Virus record (IMG/VR): IMGVR_UViG_3300026157_000001
Coordinates: 4,770 to 68,769 of that record
From: a virus
Reading direction: 5' to 3' (one strand)
Length of the DNA: 64,000 nt
Shown here: piece after piece, positions 10,501-21,748 of the stretch
Position numbering within the stretch: the first letter of the stretch is position 1
Layout: each line of letters opens with the position of its first letter
Made by a program: the position numbers and the translations under genes
Notes under the pieces: generated by a model
What the model saw: only the letters and a program-made list of their open reading frames with translations
The model's database searches: none
What the model was told of the DNA's origin: nothing

Positions 10501-13075
10501 ATCTAACCTTAGACCAAACTTTTGCCGCATCTTGCAGCTTGATACGTTTGTTATTTGTTACAGCATCTGTCATCTGTTTTAGAACAGAATCTTCTTTGAA
10601 GTCGGAGCCTTCGACTATAGTCTTAAAGCGTTTAGTGACCTCTTTTTTAACTTCGGGGTCATACAGCCTTCCAGCTTTGCCTTTAGTTTTCTTCATGATA
10701 AACTCTCCAATGTCTTCAAAGTCTTTTGCATACTTTTCATCTCCGGAGATTGCAAGTTCACTAAGTTCAAAGAACTTTTTGGATAAATTCGGGTCACCGT
10801 GCATAGCGGGGTTAAACCTGACTTCAGTAGCAAGATTTCCTTTCTGTGGTTTCCAGGATTTCTTCTTATGGCTGGTAAATCCTATTTTAGATTTTTCTGT
10901 CAAAGCGTCTTCCCCATCGTTAGCCCATATTCTAGCATTAGGTACATCCCCACCAAATGATATAGAGGCGTTATGTGATTTATACCCTTTTGCTCGATCT
11001 TCAGCCCCAGGTACTAAATAGTTAAGTGACGCTGTAGCTCCTACCACACGTTTGATAACTTTGTCCATCTCTTCTGGAGGTGCTTGAAAATGTAAGTGTG
11101 ATGAGGCTCCTAAGCCAACTCCTTTTTTAGTTGTGTCTGCATAGGTTAAATTTGTCAACTTGCTGCCTTTAGGGAGTTTCATCTGTTTTGAATACCCTTC
11201 AGTTATAGCGTCTCCTACGCCTTTATAAAGGTCATCTGCATTACCCGGCTTAAGTTGGACTTCAATACCGCCAGCAGTTTGGTCTCTAATAATAGAATAT
11301 CTTTTACCTTTTGCAGCAACCGTTTTAGTTCCTTCATCTCCATAAACATTTTGGGCATATACTCTATTTTTATTCTGATTTAAAACCTGAATCTCAGAAT
11401 CGTCGCCAAAAGTAGGGCGGCTATCTTTCCCTCTTAAGTAATTACCTAACGTTTTATTACTTTTCCTGGAAAACTCTACACCGTCAGGATCTTGAGCTAG
11501 AATCTTATCTAGATATTTTGGTTCTACTGGAATTCGTCCTGTGTTTGTGCTTCTTGTGCTCTGTACAAGCTTATTTATTTCTTTCTCTTTTTCAGTATAA
11601 GGGAGCATGTGGTAAACACCTGCTCCAGTCGCTATACCCCCTGCTGCAGAACCTCCTGCAATTAAAGCGTCTTTTTGATTTTCGGTAAGTTTTTTAGCCT
11701 CACCCAACTTTCTAAAAAATCTGTCTGCATTGTCGTATATTTTTTCTGCATAATTTTTATCGACATACGCTATATTTTTTCTAAACTCTCTATTGTTTAA
11801 TAAATGCTTTAATCCTTTATAACCACCAAAACCAACCCCTGCAGACGTAGTGGCTATTAGGGAATTTCTTAAAAGTTTCTTTTGCCTATCAGATAATACA
11901 GGTTCCTCTTTTTTTGCTGCTGAGCGTTTTTCAAGTAGCTTTGTAGTTCCTACTGCTGAAGCTCCTGCTGCTCCTACTCCGTATAAAGCCGGGGCTAGTG
12001 TGGTTTTTTGTCCTGTAATTTGATTTAACATATCTTTTTTATCTGCGGGGTTTAAAAAGTTGAATGACCTTCCGGAGTTCGTATTACCTTCGATAACTTT
12101 GAATTTACCGTCTTTTGTTTTTGCGATATCAAATCCTATGATATAATTCTTGTCGTCGAGTCCTTTTTCTTTTAAGTCTTTCTGTAGAAGCTTATTAAAT
12201 TCTTTACTATCGAAGCCTTTTATTTTGTCTATATCTTTGGTAGTAGGGACACCGTGTCGAGAGGTGGCCTTGTTTGAAAGTTCTCCCCCTACTGCATGCA
12301 TCCTATATTCTTTTTTAATGTCTAGTTTGGGTTGAATTATAAATTCATCTTTCTCTAATCCCTCCCTTAAAAGCTTCATACCAGGAGTACCTTTATACTT
12401 AAACTTGGCCAGATCTTCTATTGGTGCATAAAGCCCTTCACTTCTTTCGCCGTCTTTAGGCTTAATAAAACTGTTTGGTGCTTTCTTTTTTAGAGCTGTT
12501 TGTATTTGCTCGTCTGTCATTTTTGACGATATACCAAGCTCTTTTAATGTTTTTGATTCTAGCAGATATGGGTTTAGGTTTTTAGCTTTACCAGCTTTAA
12601 TATCCATATTTACAAACTGATCGTAATCTTTTCCTTGACGTGCTGAAGTGTTTACAAACGTGCTGTCTCCGCGTATGTTTTTCCCTGACGCATCAATAAC
12701 AACGCCTTTTAACTTTGTGTTTCTTTTTATTTGTGAAGGGTTTACAACGTCTACACCTTTATAACGGATGTTTCTGTAAGCACTTAACCCTTTGTCCCAA
12801 GCTAGATCTATAATATTCTTTTTGCCGTCCGTAGTTTTTAACTTATCGGAAACCGCTCGGAGTTTGTTCGGCATAACTTCAAAAGGAAAGTCGTCTACAA
12901 TCGTCACCTTTCCGGTGCTTTTATAGACGTCTTTAGCTTTTCTAAGAGCTTCTGTCTTTGGTACTGCTTTAGGTTTTCTTGTAGCTAAAAAAGTTCCTGC
13001 ACTTATTGCTGCGCCGACTCCGGAGCTAATCAACAAGTTCTCTTTTCTTTTCTGCTTATCTGTTTTTTCGCTCAT
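10499..13075 (-). CDS. RimK-like ATP-grasp plus amidoligase-like (COOH-NH2 ligase) polyprotein with Gly-zipper helices
   Basis: ATP-grasp motifs FIKPKDG..IIQPK..EYRMH..GFDI..VIEGNTNSG. Second module GIEVQ..SSHLHF..TEVRF. Confidence 0.7.
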   Translation of the reverse strand: MSEKTDKQKRKENLLISSGVGAAISAGTFLATRKPKAVPKTEALRKAKDVYKSTGKVTIVDDFPFEVMPNKLRAVSDKLKTTDGKKNIIDLAWDKGLSAYRNIRYKGVDVVNPSQIKRNTKLKGVVIDASGKNIRGDSTFVNTSARQGKDYDQFVNMDIKAGKAKNLNPYLLESKTLKELGISSKMTDEQIQTALKKKAPNSFIKPKDGERSEGLYAPIEDLAKFKYKGTPGMKLLREGLEKDEFIIQPKLDIKKEYRMHAVGGELSNKATSRHGVPTTKDIDKIKGFDSKEFNKLLQKDLKEKGLDDKNYIIGFDIAKTKDGKFKVIEGNTNSGRSFNFLNPADKKDMLNQITGQKTTLAPALYGVGAAGASAVGTTKLLEKRSAAKKEEPVLSDRQKKLLRNSLIATTSAGVGFGGYKGLKHLLNNREFRKNIAYVDKNYAEKIYDNADRFFRKLGEAKKLTENQKDALIAGGSAAGGIATGAGVYHMLPYTEKEKEINKLVQSTRSTNTGRIPVEPKYLDKILAQDPDGVEFSRKSNKTLGNYLRGKDSRPTFGDDSEIQVLNQNKNRVYAQNVYGDEGTKTVAAKGKRYSIIRDQTAGGIEVQLKPGNADDLYKGVGDAITEGYSKQMKLPKGSKLTNLTYADTTKKGVGLGASSHLHFQAPPEEMDKVIKRVVGATASLNYLVPGAEDRAKGYKSHNASISFGGDVPNARIWANDGEDALTEKSKIGFTSHKKKSWKPQKGNLATEVRFNPAMHGDPNLSKKFFELSELAISGDEKYAKDFEDIGEFIMKKTKGKAGRLYDPEVKKEVTKRFKTIVEGSDFKEDSVLKQMTDAVTNNKRIKLQDAAKVWSKVR

Positions 13076-14348
13076 TAATTTTTCTTCTGGTAAACTCTGC
13101 TGCTGTTCCTGTTCCGCCTATACCCAAGCCAATTTTAGCTGCTGTGGGGCTATCTAACCTTCCGGTTAATTGTCTGTATTGCATCTTGGGGCTTTTCTCA
13201 AATGTTCCGGGCTTAAATTCGGGTCCTCCTTTAGGTACATATGCTCCCCAAGAACCGCTGTTATCATTAATTTCAACTATATGTTTTTTACCAGTTTTGC
13301 TATCCACTAATACATCGAGGCCCAGGATCTGATTTTTAGCGTCTCCTTTGGTAGACTTGCTGTAATTTTTCATAGCTTTCTGTACATAGGCTTCTAATTC
13401 AGGATTATCTTTTTTGACATTAATCTCCTCGCCTATTGTCTTTTTACCATTTATCTGTTTTACATAGCCCTGTGTTGTAGAAGCTTTGCCGCCTTGTAGG
13501 GCAACATGCACTCTATACTCTTTATCACCTTTTATAAGGTCTTGTGCTATATAAGATTTCGGATTGTCCGCTAAGGTTTCTAAGTCTTTTATAGTCTGTT
13601 TTTTTAATTTGCCAGGATTATTTTTATATAAATCTGCAAACTCTTTTAGCTTGTCAGGTTTGCCCTGGAAGCCTGCGCCAAACCCTTCGCCGCCTCTCAT
13701 CTTAATAAATACTTTTTCTCCCTGAACCGCATCTGCGATAGAGTCCAGCTTTTCGGCCTTGCTCATATCTGCATAATTTTTTCCTGTTCTTTTTGTTTTG
13801 TTTTTCAAAACATCTGCTACCAGCCTAGACTTTGGAGTATACCCCTCAAATTCTTTCATTTGGGAAAAAGTATATTTGTCTTGAAGCTTGTCTAAGAATT
13901 CACTCTTATCTTTGTTATAAATAATATCCGCTTCTACTTTATAGTCTGGTTGTTTCGCTTTTTGTGTAAGTGTGCCTACACCGGTTTCTTTAGTTGGTGA
14001 CCAGTCTGGATGGTTCATAGCAACATCGTCATAGACGGTCCCTCTCATCTTTGTACCCTTAGGTATTTTATTGGCTTCGACCTGTCGTATACCTGCCTGG
14101 CTGTACCAGTTTTTAAGTTTGTCCAGCGGGTTTTCCGATGTTAGTCCTCTAACGTTATAATCGTCCCCGGAAGCAGTTTCTGAAACTATTCGGGTAACTT
14201 TGCCTTTGGACATTTTTTGTGCTTTACGTACTTCTGGTATCTTAGACAATAACCATGGAGCTTTGGACACTCCATAAGCTCCTGTTCCAAGAGCTGCGCC
14301 TATACCCAAAGATTTTAAAAGTTTTTTATCGTCTTTTTTATCTGCCAT
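13056..14348 (-). CDS. RimK-like ATP-grasp protein with terminal Gly-rich helices
   Basis: VFIK..GG.G, YIAQDLI..EYRVHV, LGLDV, IVEINDNSG. Confidence 0.75.
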   Translation of the reverse strand: MADKKDDKKLLKSLGIGAALGTGAYGVSKAPWLLSKIPEVRKAQKMSKGKVTRIVSETASGDDYNVRGLTSENPLDKLKNWYSQAGIRQVEANKIPKGTKMRGTVYDDVAMNHPDWSPTKETGVGTLTQKAKQPDYKVEADIIYNKDKSEFLDKLQDKYTFSQMKEFEGYTPKSRLVADVLKNKTKRTGKNYADMSKAEKLDSIADAVQGEKVFIKMRGGEGFGAGFQGKPDKLKEFADLYKNNPGKLKKQTIKDLETLADNPKSYIAQDLIKGDKEYRVHVALQGGKASTTQGYVKQINGKKTIGEEINVKKDNPELEAYVQKAMKNYSKSTKGDAKNQILGLDVLVDSKTGKKHIVEINDNSGSWGAYVPKGGPEFKPGTFEKSPKMQYRQLTGRLDSPTAAKIGLGIGGTGTAAEFTRRKINERKNR

Positions 14349-16332
14349 CGTCCGTCATGTTATAGCCTATTGCTCCTGCGCCTACAGCTCCAGTAACACC
14401 TGCAGCCCCTAGTAACGCTTTTGTTTTAGCATCCATAGAACCTTTTGGTTTGTCGCTTGATTTAGCTTTAGGTGTTTGTGTTTTCTTGGACGTAGTTTGT
14501 TTTTTAACTTTTTCTATCGGGGAAGATTTTCTAGTTACTTCCATTTTTGGTGCATTCTGTATATTAGCGGGGCGTCCCGGGGCTCTCTCAATTGTTGTCT
14601 TTGCTCCTGTAGACGTTGGTGCTACGCTACCTGTTTCTACTGCAGCGGCGTTTCCTGTCCTAGGTTTAGACTTAGTTTGAGATGCTCTGGAGCCCATATC
14701 TCTTAATCTCTTTTTGGGTGATGGTTTTCTTCAAGGTGTACTCCTGCGCCTAACAGCGTCAACTAAGTCATCAACCCCACTTATAGCGGTCCTCGCTTTA
14801 GCAAACTTTCCTAAAAAATGCGCATTCTTTTCTTCTGGTAATCCTTTATGCTTTGTTTCTGCATAATCTTTACTTTCAGACTTTGTCATGCTCTTTGCCA
14901 TAGACTTTATTTTCTTTTGCAAGCTGGGATCCAGTTCGCTAAAATTATCTAGCTCTCCGTTTTGGTATGCATGTACCATGCCCATTAAGCGCTGCTGAGA
15001 TTTGCTCTTAGCCTCGCTTGTCTTTGTAATAGTGTCTCGTACTTTCATAAACGTTTGTGCAGCTGCTGGATTGTTGGCCATTATTTCTGGCGACATATCT
15101 TCCACTTCTTTCAACAGCTTAGCTCGTTTAGGGTCATTCTTTGACATCCCCAAAAGCTTTGTAAGCTTATTATCCATGTTTTTTAAGACTCTCACGCTGC
15201 CACTTTTTTGTAGCATTGGCGCTAGTTGAAAAGCTGCTTTGTTTAGGTTTTTCATCTTAGGAAGCTTATTCATCTTTTCTAATTCCTTTCTCTGCTTTTT
15301 TGCCATCTCCTGCAATTGAGAATTTGTAGGGTTCGAAAGATCTTTGTCCAGAGTTGTTAAATTCTGTTCAAGCTGAGTGCTTCCTTTTGTTGCTATTTTT
15401 TCCGAGTTATACTTATGTGACTCGGTAAATAAATTGTGAATTGCTTTTTTTGCAGTTTTACTTAATTCCATTGTGGATAGTTCTGTATTTAAAATTTTCT
15501 CGCTTTTCTTTACAAGTTGAGGACGGTATTTTGTTTTCTTATAGCTATCACTTGATGGCTTGTTGCCTTGCTCGTCAACCCTTAGTCATTTACCGGTTGA
15601 TATTGTTTTCTCTTCATCGGCTGTAGCGGCTCGGCGTTTTGTTTGTTTGCCGTAACCTTTTTTCTTTTTTCCTTCTGCTCCTTTCGGTACTACCTCTGGA
15701 GTTGAACGGTTTGCATAAAAGATGAGGTCATGTTTGCTTTCGGCATTCTTTTTAAATACAACTCGTTGATCAGTATCTATCTCGTCTAATACTTGAGAAG
15801 TTGCGGCGTCATATTTTTTAAGGGTTTTGCTTCCTCGTCGTTTAGCTAACCCTCCTCCTAAGATACCGCCGACTGTAGCACCTATTGGTGCTGCAACAAG
15901 GCCCTGCGCTACTCTATTACCCTTGCCTGCAAATGCTCCTGTTAAAAGTGCTGTACCCAAACCTGAGCTAAACGCTGAGCGTCCGGCACTTGACCAAGCT
16001 TGATCACTGACGCGATCTTTTATAGCTTTTCTGTTAAGGGATTGTCGTTCTTTAAATTTCTTTTTTATATATTCTTTATTTTCCGGACTGGCTACAGAAA
16101 AGTCGCTGTGCTCTTTAAGCATGTCGAAGTTGGGTGAGCCTCTTTCGGCTATTAAATATCTATCATCTAGTAAGGCTTTCTTCTCTAGGCTCGCTCTTTT
16201 ACTCGCCCAAATGGCCCGTTCTTGTTTTAACGCGTCCTCATAGCTGTCATGTGTCCCAAGAACTTTTGTCTTCTTGGAATTATACAGTTTATACTTTCCG
16301 TCTTCTTCTACAATCTTGGCTGTCTTTTTCAT
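14338..16332 (-). CDS. Modular virion protein, 664 aa, two TGAs read as Trp
   Basis: Three track ORFs share a frame and join through TGA 15586-15588 (STGK*LRVDEQG) and 14731-14733 (STP*RKPSP). Confidence 0.8.
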
Positions 16333-16341
16333 ACCTTAAAT

Positions 16342-18024
16342 CTATTTATAGTCTTCTAGTTTGTCAAGTGCTTTCTTGCGCTCTTCCCGCATCTTAAGCA
16401 TCTTAACCTTCTTTTGTGGACCTCATACTTTCTTAGCTGCTTTATGGTGGTGGTGCCCATCCAGAATATATTTATCCTTACTTATTATCAATGGCTTCAT
16501 AGACTGTTTCTTCTTAAGCTTGTCTATAAGCTTACGAAGTTTCTTCTTCTGATAGTCTATCTGGCTTGGCTTTACGTCTCTAAGGGCCATACTCACTGCT
16601 ACCGGATCGTAGCCCCTCTTGAACTTATCGAGGTCCACCTGCGGCATATTTGAGCGCTTACGTTTAACTTGAGACTCTTTGTATAAGTTAGTATAGTTGT
16701 TCTCGTCTGCTCACTGCCTAATAGGTGGTAAAGGTTTTTTGCTCATACTTTTTGAGACCGAGTACCAATCAGCCAACATTTCTTTCTGTACATTTTTTGG
16801 AATGTCTGAGATATGTATATCCCTTGGCTCTCGGTACATATGGTGATCCTCAGAAATATAATGCTTTATCTTATGTGGGGTAAAGTCTTTTACTACATCT
16901 TCAGGTATTAACTCTTTGTTTCCTTTTTGGTCATAGAAGCCATCTTCTCCAAAGAAGTATTCCCGGTAAGGCGTCCAAGCTTTTGGATTAAATTTAGTCC
17001 TGTCGTGTAATAGCAGCTGCATCCTGGGAACACCTAATTCCCGGCCATGTTTATATACATCTGCCTTATGCTTTAAGATATACTTAAGTTGTTCCCAATC
17101 CTCTATACGGTTGTCTAAAAATTCTGATGTTTTGACATGTCCTAGTTTACTTTGCTTCCAATCTTTATATTTGTCTGAGTTTAAAGTCTTTCCTATTAAA
17201 TATGAAGAGCTTCCTGCTGCTGCAGCCATCCCTAATGGAGTTGCCATATATGTCATCGCAGAGGGGAGTCTGGCCTTTGTATATTTTCCTAATGTTTTTA
17301 AATAACTACCTTTTGTTCCAAGTTCATCTGTTTTGTTCAACATTCTAACAGCTCGTCTATCCGCATCTAGCTCTTGTGCATTTCCTAACGTCCCAACTGC
17401 GCCCCCGGCTAATGCTGAGAGTCCTGCAACTTGAAGCTCTTTTCCTTTTTCTGCTGCAGGGCTTAAGGCACCACTAACCGCCATTACACCTATCATCGTT
17501 CTGGGTGTAGAACTTTGGGAAAATCTTAGCTTGTCTAAAAAATTTATCGACTTATTATACGCCTTGTCAGAATTAGAGAATTGTTCTATATGTCCTAACT
17601 CATGAGCTATAACATGACGCTTACTAGTTCGAGGATCAAATTGGACTTTTAACGCACCGTCAGTTCCTTTTGTTGCGGAAGATCCAAAATTAAGAGGGTT
17701 AGAAGAAAACTTTACCTCTTTATCTTTAACTTTAGAAACTTCTTTTAGTTTTTTAAAAGAAGCATTATCTTCTGGGCCAGTAGCAGTGGCAGATCTTGAA
17801 AGGAGTTCATCAGGTGTAAGTTTACCCTTTTTAAAATCCTCTGTTACTTTCTTTGTTCTTTTGTCGTACTGTTTTATATTCTTTTCTATTTGTTTATCGG
17901 AAGCACTAAACCCAGATAAATATGTACCCTGTCCAGTTATATAGCCTAAGCCGGCCGCACCTACTGCTTCAGGAAGCTCTTCCGGTTTTACTGGCCTTGA
18001 GAGTTTTTTTGTTGAGTCGCTCAT
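16342..18024 (-). CDS. HExxH metallopeptidase + HD-like (DUF5662-like) + ParB/Srx-like polyprotein, 560 aa, two TGAs read as Trp
   Basis: IAHELGH; LKHK..LLHDRTKF..EDHH..EMLADW; MPQV..KPSQ..PLIISKDKYILDGHH. TGAs at 16711 and 16423, TAG stop at 16342. Confidence 0.8.
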
Positions 18025-18455
18025 TACTTAATTACTTTTAAAATATCTTTGAGTGTTTTTGCTCCATAAGCAGACTTTGTACTGCTGATCGAAGATGTTA
18101 TGTGATCTACTCCCCGGCCTGCTCTCACTAACGGATTCATATTCTTTTGTGACTTTCTAAGTTCTGACCTGCTCGCAGACATCTCATTTAAGAACGTGTC
18201 TTTAACGCCTCTTAATGATTTCTCTTGGGTCCTTGGATACCTTCCCTTTTCTTTATTGATATAATGGGTTAGCTCGTGACGTAGAATTTTGCGTTCTCCG
18301 CCTCTAGAAGTTACGGGGTCGATATCTACCCTTCCTTTCGTACCAGCGTCCGGCACAAACTGACCTCGGCGTCCTCCGGGCAATGCACGGTATTGTACGA
18401 GGGGTCCGGCCGCGTTCTTTTCAAGTAGATAATCTACCGGTGTGACTTTGTTCAT
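18024..18455 (-). CDS. Small HExxH metallopeptidase-like protein
   Basis: ILRHELTHY with a downstream E; N-terminus DYLLEKNA. Confidence 0.65.
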   Translation of the reverse strand: MNKVTPVDYLLEKNAAGPLVQYRALPGGRRGQFVPDAGTKGRVDIDPVTSRGGERKILRHELTHYINKEKGRYPRTQEKSLRGVKDTFLNEMSASRSELRKSQKNMNPLVRAGRGVDHITSSISSTKSAYGAKTLKDILKVIK

Positions 18456-21400
18456 TATCTTGCATTCAACCCTGTGAAATATTTGAAGTCTGATTTTAAT
18501 GCTTTATCGTATGTGTCTGTATGAGCATCTAACTCTTTCAGTTGTTTCAGTTCTTTTTTTGTCACATAGACGTCAGCTGGTCTTCCGCTCATCATTTGTT
18601 TAGATCGTGGCAACGCTCCAACTGCTAAATATTTAGAAGCTGTTCCGAAGTTCTTGTAATTTTCCTTCGGAGGTTCCGGGAAATTTTTATAGTCTGTCGT
18701 ATTATATTTCTTATGAAGCTTGTCGACTGTTTTATTAAAGCGCTCTTTGTTAAACTCTGGATTTTCTTTATACTCTTTTTTAACTTTCGGTTTAGTAAGC
18801 ATTCCTAACCCTCCAAGAGCAGTTGCTCCTGCTGCCGTACCTGCAAGAACTTTTCCTCACCCTGGTAATCTTTTGGTATCAGAGATTAATCCTGCTGCAC
18901 CTCCTAAGGCACCACCTAGGCCTGCACCAACAGTTACATTTTCTTTTCTTTTTGAATAGTCTTTTGTTTTCTCTACTACTGATGGGCTTAAGGTAGGATC
19001 TTTATCCTGTAGCTTATTAAGTTCTTTATCTGCTTTGCGGTTGCCTTCTTCTATTTTTCTATAGTTGGCAACATACTTTTTATGAGCATCTAAATCTTTT
19101 ATGCCTGCTATATCCTCAAAATATCCAGCTCTTTTCTCAATTAAATAGTCAATCATTGCTGCTTTGTTCATAAATTTCTCTGGTCTTATATCCACCAAAA
19201 CCGGTGCTTGGTGCAGCCCACTGCTATGGACATGTTGTGATTTTATTTTTGCCCATTCTCCGATAAAGTTATCAGGAGATTCATAAGCTTTTTGTCGAAG
19301 ATCGTCGCTTAAACCAGTACCAATTCTAATAGGCACAGAACTTCCTTCTGGCAGGGCGATAAAGCCTCCAACACCAGATCCTTCATATTTAGATCCCTCA
19401 GAAGCTTCAAAGGTTCCGAGAATCTCTGCATCATAATCATCTGTCTGTTTTACTTTCCTTGGAACAGGTTCATCTAGTTTATACACTACCAGACCTTCTT
19501 CCGTCTCAGGGTGAAATCCTTTCATAATACGATTAAACATCTGTCGCTTGTCATGTGGATCAAATGCTAGTTCGGGGAGTTTAAGGTCCGGAATTTTATC
19601 ACGGACTTCTTTTAACATCTCAAGTTTCCGGCTATATGGTAAGTCTTCTACATCTTTACCTTTAAACTTAACAACATCGAAAATTTTAAATTCTAGTGGT
19701 CGTTCTTTTTGCTGGATTTCTCGAGCTTTTGGTACCGAGGAATTGAGGATACGGGCTGTGTCGTTTCCTTTACCTCCAGGAACGAAAAGCTCGGAACGGA
19801 GTATTGTATTCCCAAGCTCTTTAGGGCTCGTTTGTTTATAGAGTGGTGTTTTAAATGTGTGGTCAATTCGCTCAGATCCTTTCCTTGAGCTCCTATAAGA
19901 GAACACGTCCGGACGTTTGTTAGGGCGTAAAACGACCAAATTGTGAGCCCCGTCAAGCTTGGGAGCAAACACCTCTTCTGTTCTGGACGTGTCAAGCTTA
20001 AGCCTGTCGGCGTCGATGGTTTTGTAACTTTTCTTATAGCTGGGTACATCTTCATAAACTTTTGTTTCTTCTGATGGTGTATAATTATAAATCATCCAGT
20101 TATCTGTTCCACCCTTACGAAGTAAAATAAATCGCTTAGTGTCCCGGCCAGGATACATGTTAAATTCAATCTTTGAGTCGCCGGCCTTCAATATGTCAAC
20201 GTCCCCGAGAAATTTACTTTCGACTTCTCCTTTGCCATAGCCATCTTCGATGGTTCCGCTTCACCCCATATATTTAGAGGTGTGGTCCGGCTGACGAACT
20301 GCTAAATGCTTTTGGCCTGTCCCAGGCATACCTTTGGGTAAAGCTCAAGAATAAGCCTTACTAGAACCAGGGGGAGATAGCCTAAGGTCTGTATGACTGT
20401 TGCTTACTAAAATTCCAGATATAAAATAATTATGATTGCCTTCTACTTCTAAGTCAAACTTTTTTAAAGATAGCTTTTGGTTTTTATTTTTACCTTGTTT
20501 CGTCCTATACCTCTCTTTCTTCAAAACAGGTCTAGGATAAACAGTATTAAACTCTAAAAAGCTTTCAAAGTGAGGGCGAGTTTTTATTTTATTGTAAGTA
20601 TTTGGAAGTTTATATGAAAATTCAGGCTGTATAAATTTTGAAACAATATTAAAAAATAATTTATTAGAAGCTATTGCTGAAGAACATAAATAATAATACC
20701 CATCTCTTTCTCTTTTAGTAAAAGAAAGGCTGTACCTGGTATTTAAAAAGTGTTGTAATTTCTCAACTTCTTTCTCAGTAAAACCATTTGTATATAAATA
20801 TAAATTTCCGGAATAGGGATCTACTCCTGCATCACTACGTCTTTTGGTATTACGTTCTAATTTCTTAAAGTTGCTGCTTTGTGGTGACCATTGGCCATCA
20901 TCCATAAACCATTGGGCTATAGCTGCGGGGGTTAAAAATTTAAATAGCTCATCTTTTATTACCTTAGTTCCATCTTTATAAAAAAGTTCAGATAGTGTGT
21001 GAAAATATTCATGCTTAAATCTAAAATAATAGAAGTCTGATCTATTTTTTCTCGCTTTTCTTAATTCTGTGTTTGTTGCAAATTTTTCAGAAAAATATTC
21101 GACTAGCTCTTTTTTAGACGCTTGTCCCCAATTAAAGGCCGGTGTTCCAGTGTAATTTTGAGGTATTGAAGAATCTCCCAAAAGGGACCCAATTAAGAAA
21201 TCTTTTTGGTTCTGTGATAGACCTCTGTCTTCCCGTAAAACCTCATGACTATTGGGATCAATATCTTTTGCAGGAATTTTATAGAGGTTATCTGTTCTTT
21301 TATCTTTTATAAAAATTTTATGGTTAGGCGTACTCGTGCACCCGTTTCTTTTATTTAGGTACAATTTGTGCCAAAAGTCGGTACTACCATTTTCCCACAC

Positions 21401-21640
21401 CCTTATAACCTTTTTATCTTCTACTTTTTTCGTTTGAGGATTAAAAGATTTTACTAAATCACCTATTTTTATGTCTCTAATATACTTTAGAGTGTTATCT
21501 GCCATTTTAACGCGAGCAGAGGGCATGAAACATCCAGCCCGTTCAGCATCGTGCTCCTGCAGATTTAACTGCCAGGTAGCATTCTCTGCTCTTGGTATAG
21601 ACGTTTTTTGTTTTTTATCTGGTATTCCTGGTGCGTACAT
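18455..21640 (-). CDS. LigD-type 3'-phosphoesterase + ATP-dependent DNA ligase with intein and Gly-zipper tail, 1061 aa precursor, three TGAs read as Trp
   Basis: PE motifs QEHDA..H.DLRL..S*ALPKG..LAVRQPDH..YMG*SGTI..GYGKG. Ligase motifs PKLDG, SELF, FDV, EGLVV, KVK and OB-fold IGTGLSD. TGAs at 20345, 20261 and 18857. Confidence 0.85.
20399..21532 (-). mobile_element. Intein with LAGLIDADG homing endonuclease (378 aa)
   Basis: Starts CFMPSARV and ends FDLEVEGNHNYFISGILVSN with +1 Ser. Has block B TPNHKI and the motifs LIGSLLGDS and WFMDDG. Confidence 0.92.
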
Positions 21641-21645
21641 AAGTT

Positions 21646-21674
21646 AATATAATAATAGATAAGCATTTTGTCTA
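21646..21674 (-). promoter_or_regulatory. Sigma70-like promoter, probably leaderless
   Basis: TAGACA-17-TATATT-5-ATG. Confidence 0.6.
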
Positions 21675-21700
21675 ACTTAATTTTACTAGTAATTCCTAAA

Positions 21701-21724
21701 ATTTGGTATAAGAGTAATGATAAG
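21701..21724 (+). promoter_or_regulatory. TTTGGTATAAGA promoter motif
   Basis: ATTTGGTATAAGAGTAATGATAAG. Confidence 0.65.
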
Positions 21725-21748
21725 CACTAATCTAAACTAAATAAAACC

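Noticed and set aside
15471-15589. Separate small gene starting at the ATGA at 15589
   Set aside because: The upstream frame runs through the TGA directly into 14731-15471, so a fusion explains the gap better.
314-19841. Plus-strand ORFs antisense to the late genes (e.g. 773-1084, 8681-9010, 10539-11021)
   Set aside because: Shadow frames of long minus-strand genes, with no expression signals or motifs.
1815-20347. TGA as selenocysteine or glycine (code 25), or pseudogene decay
   Set aside because: The three alignable positions are conserved Trp. No SECIS-like hairpins were evident, and the interruptions are always TGA, never TAA, TAG or frameshifts.
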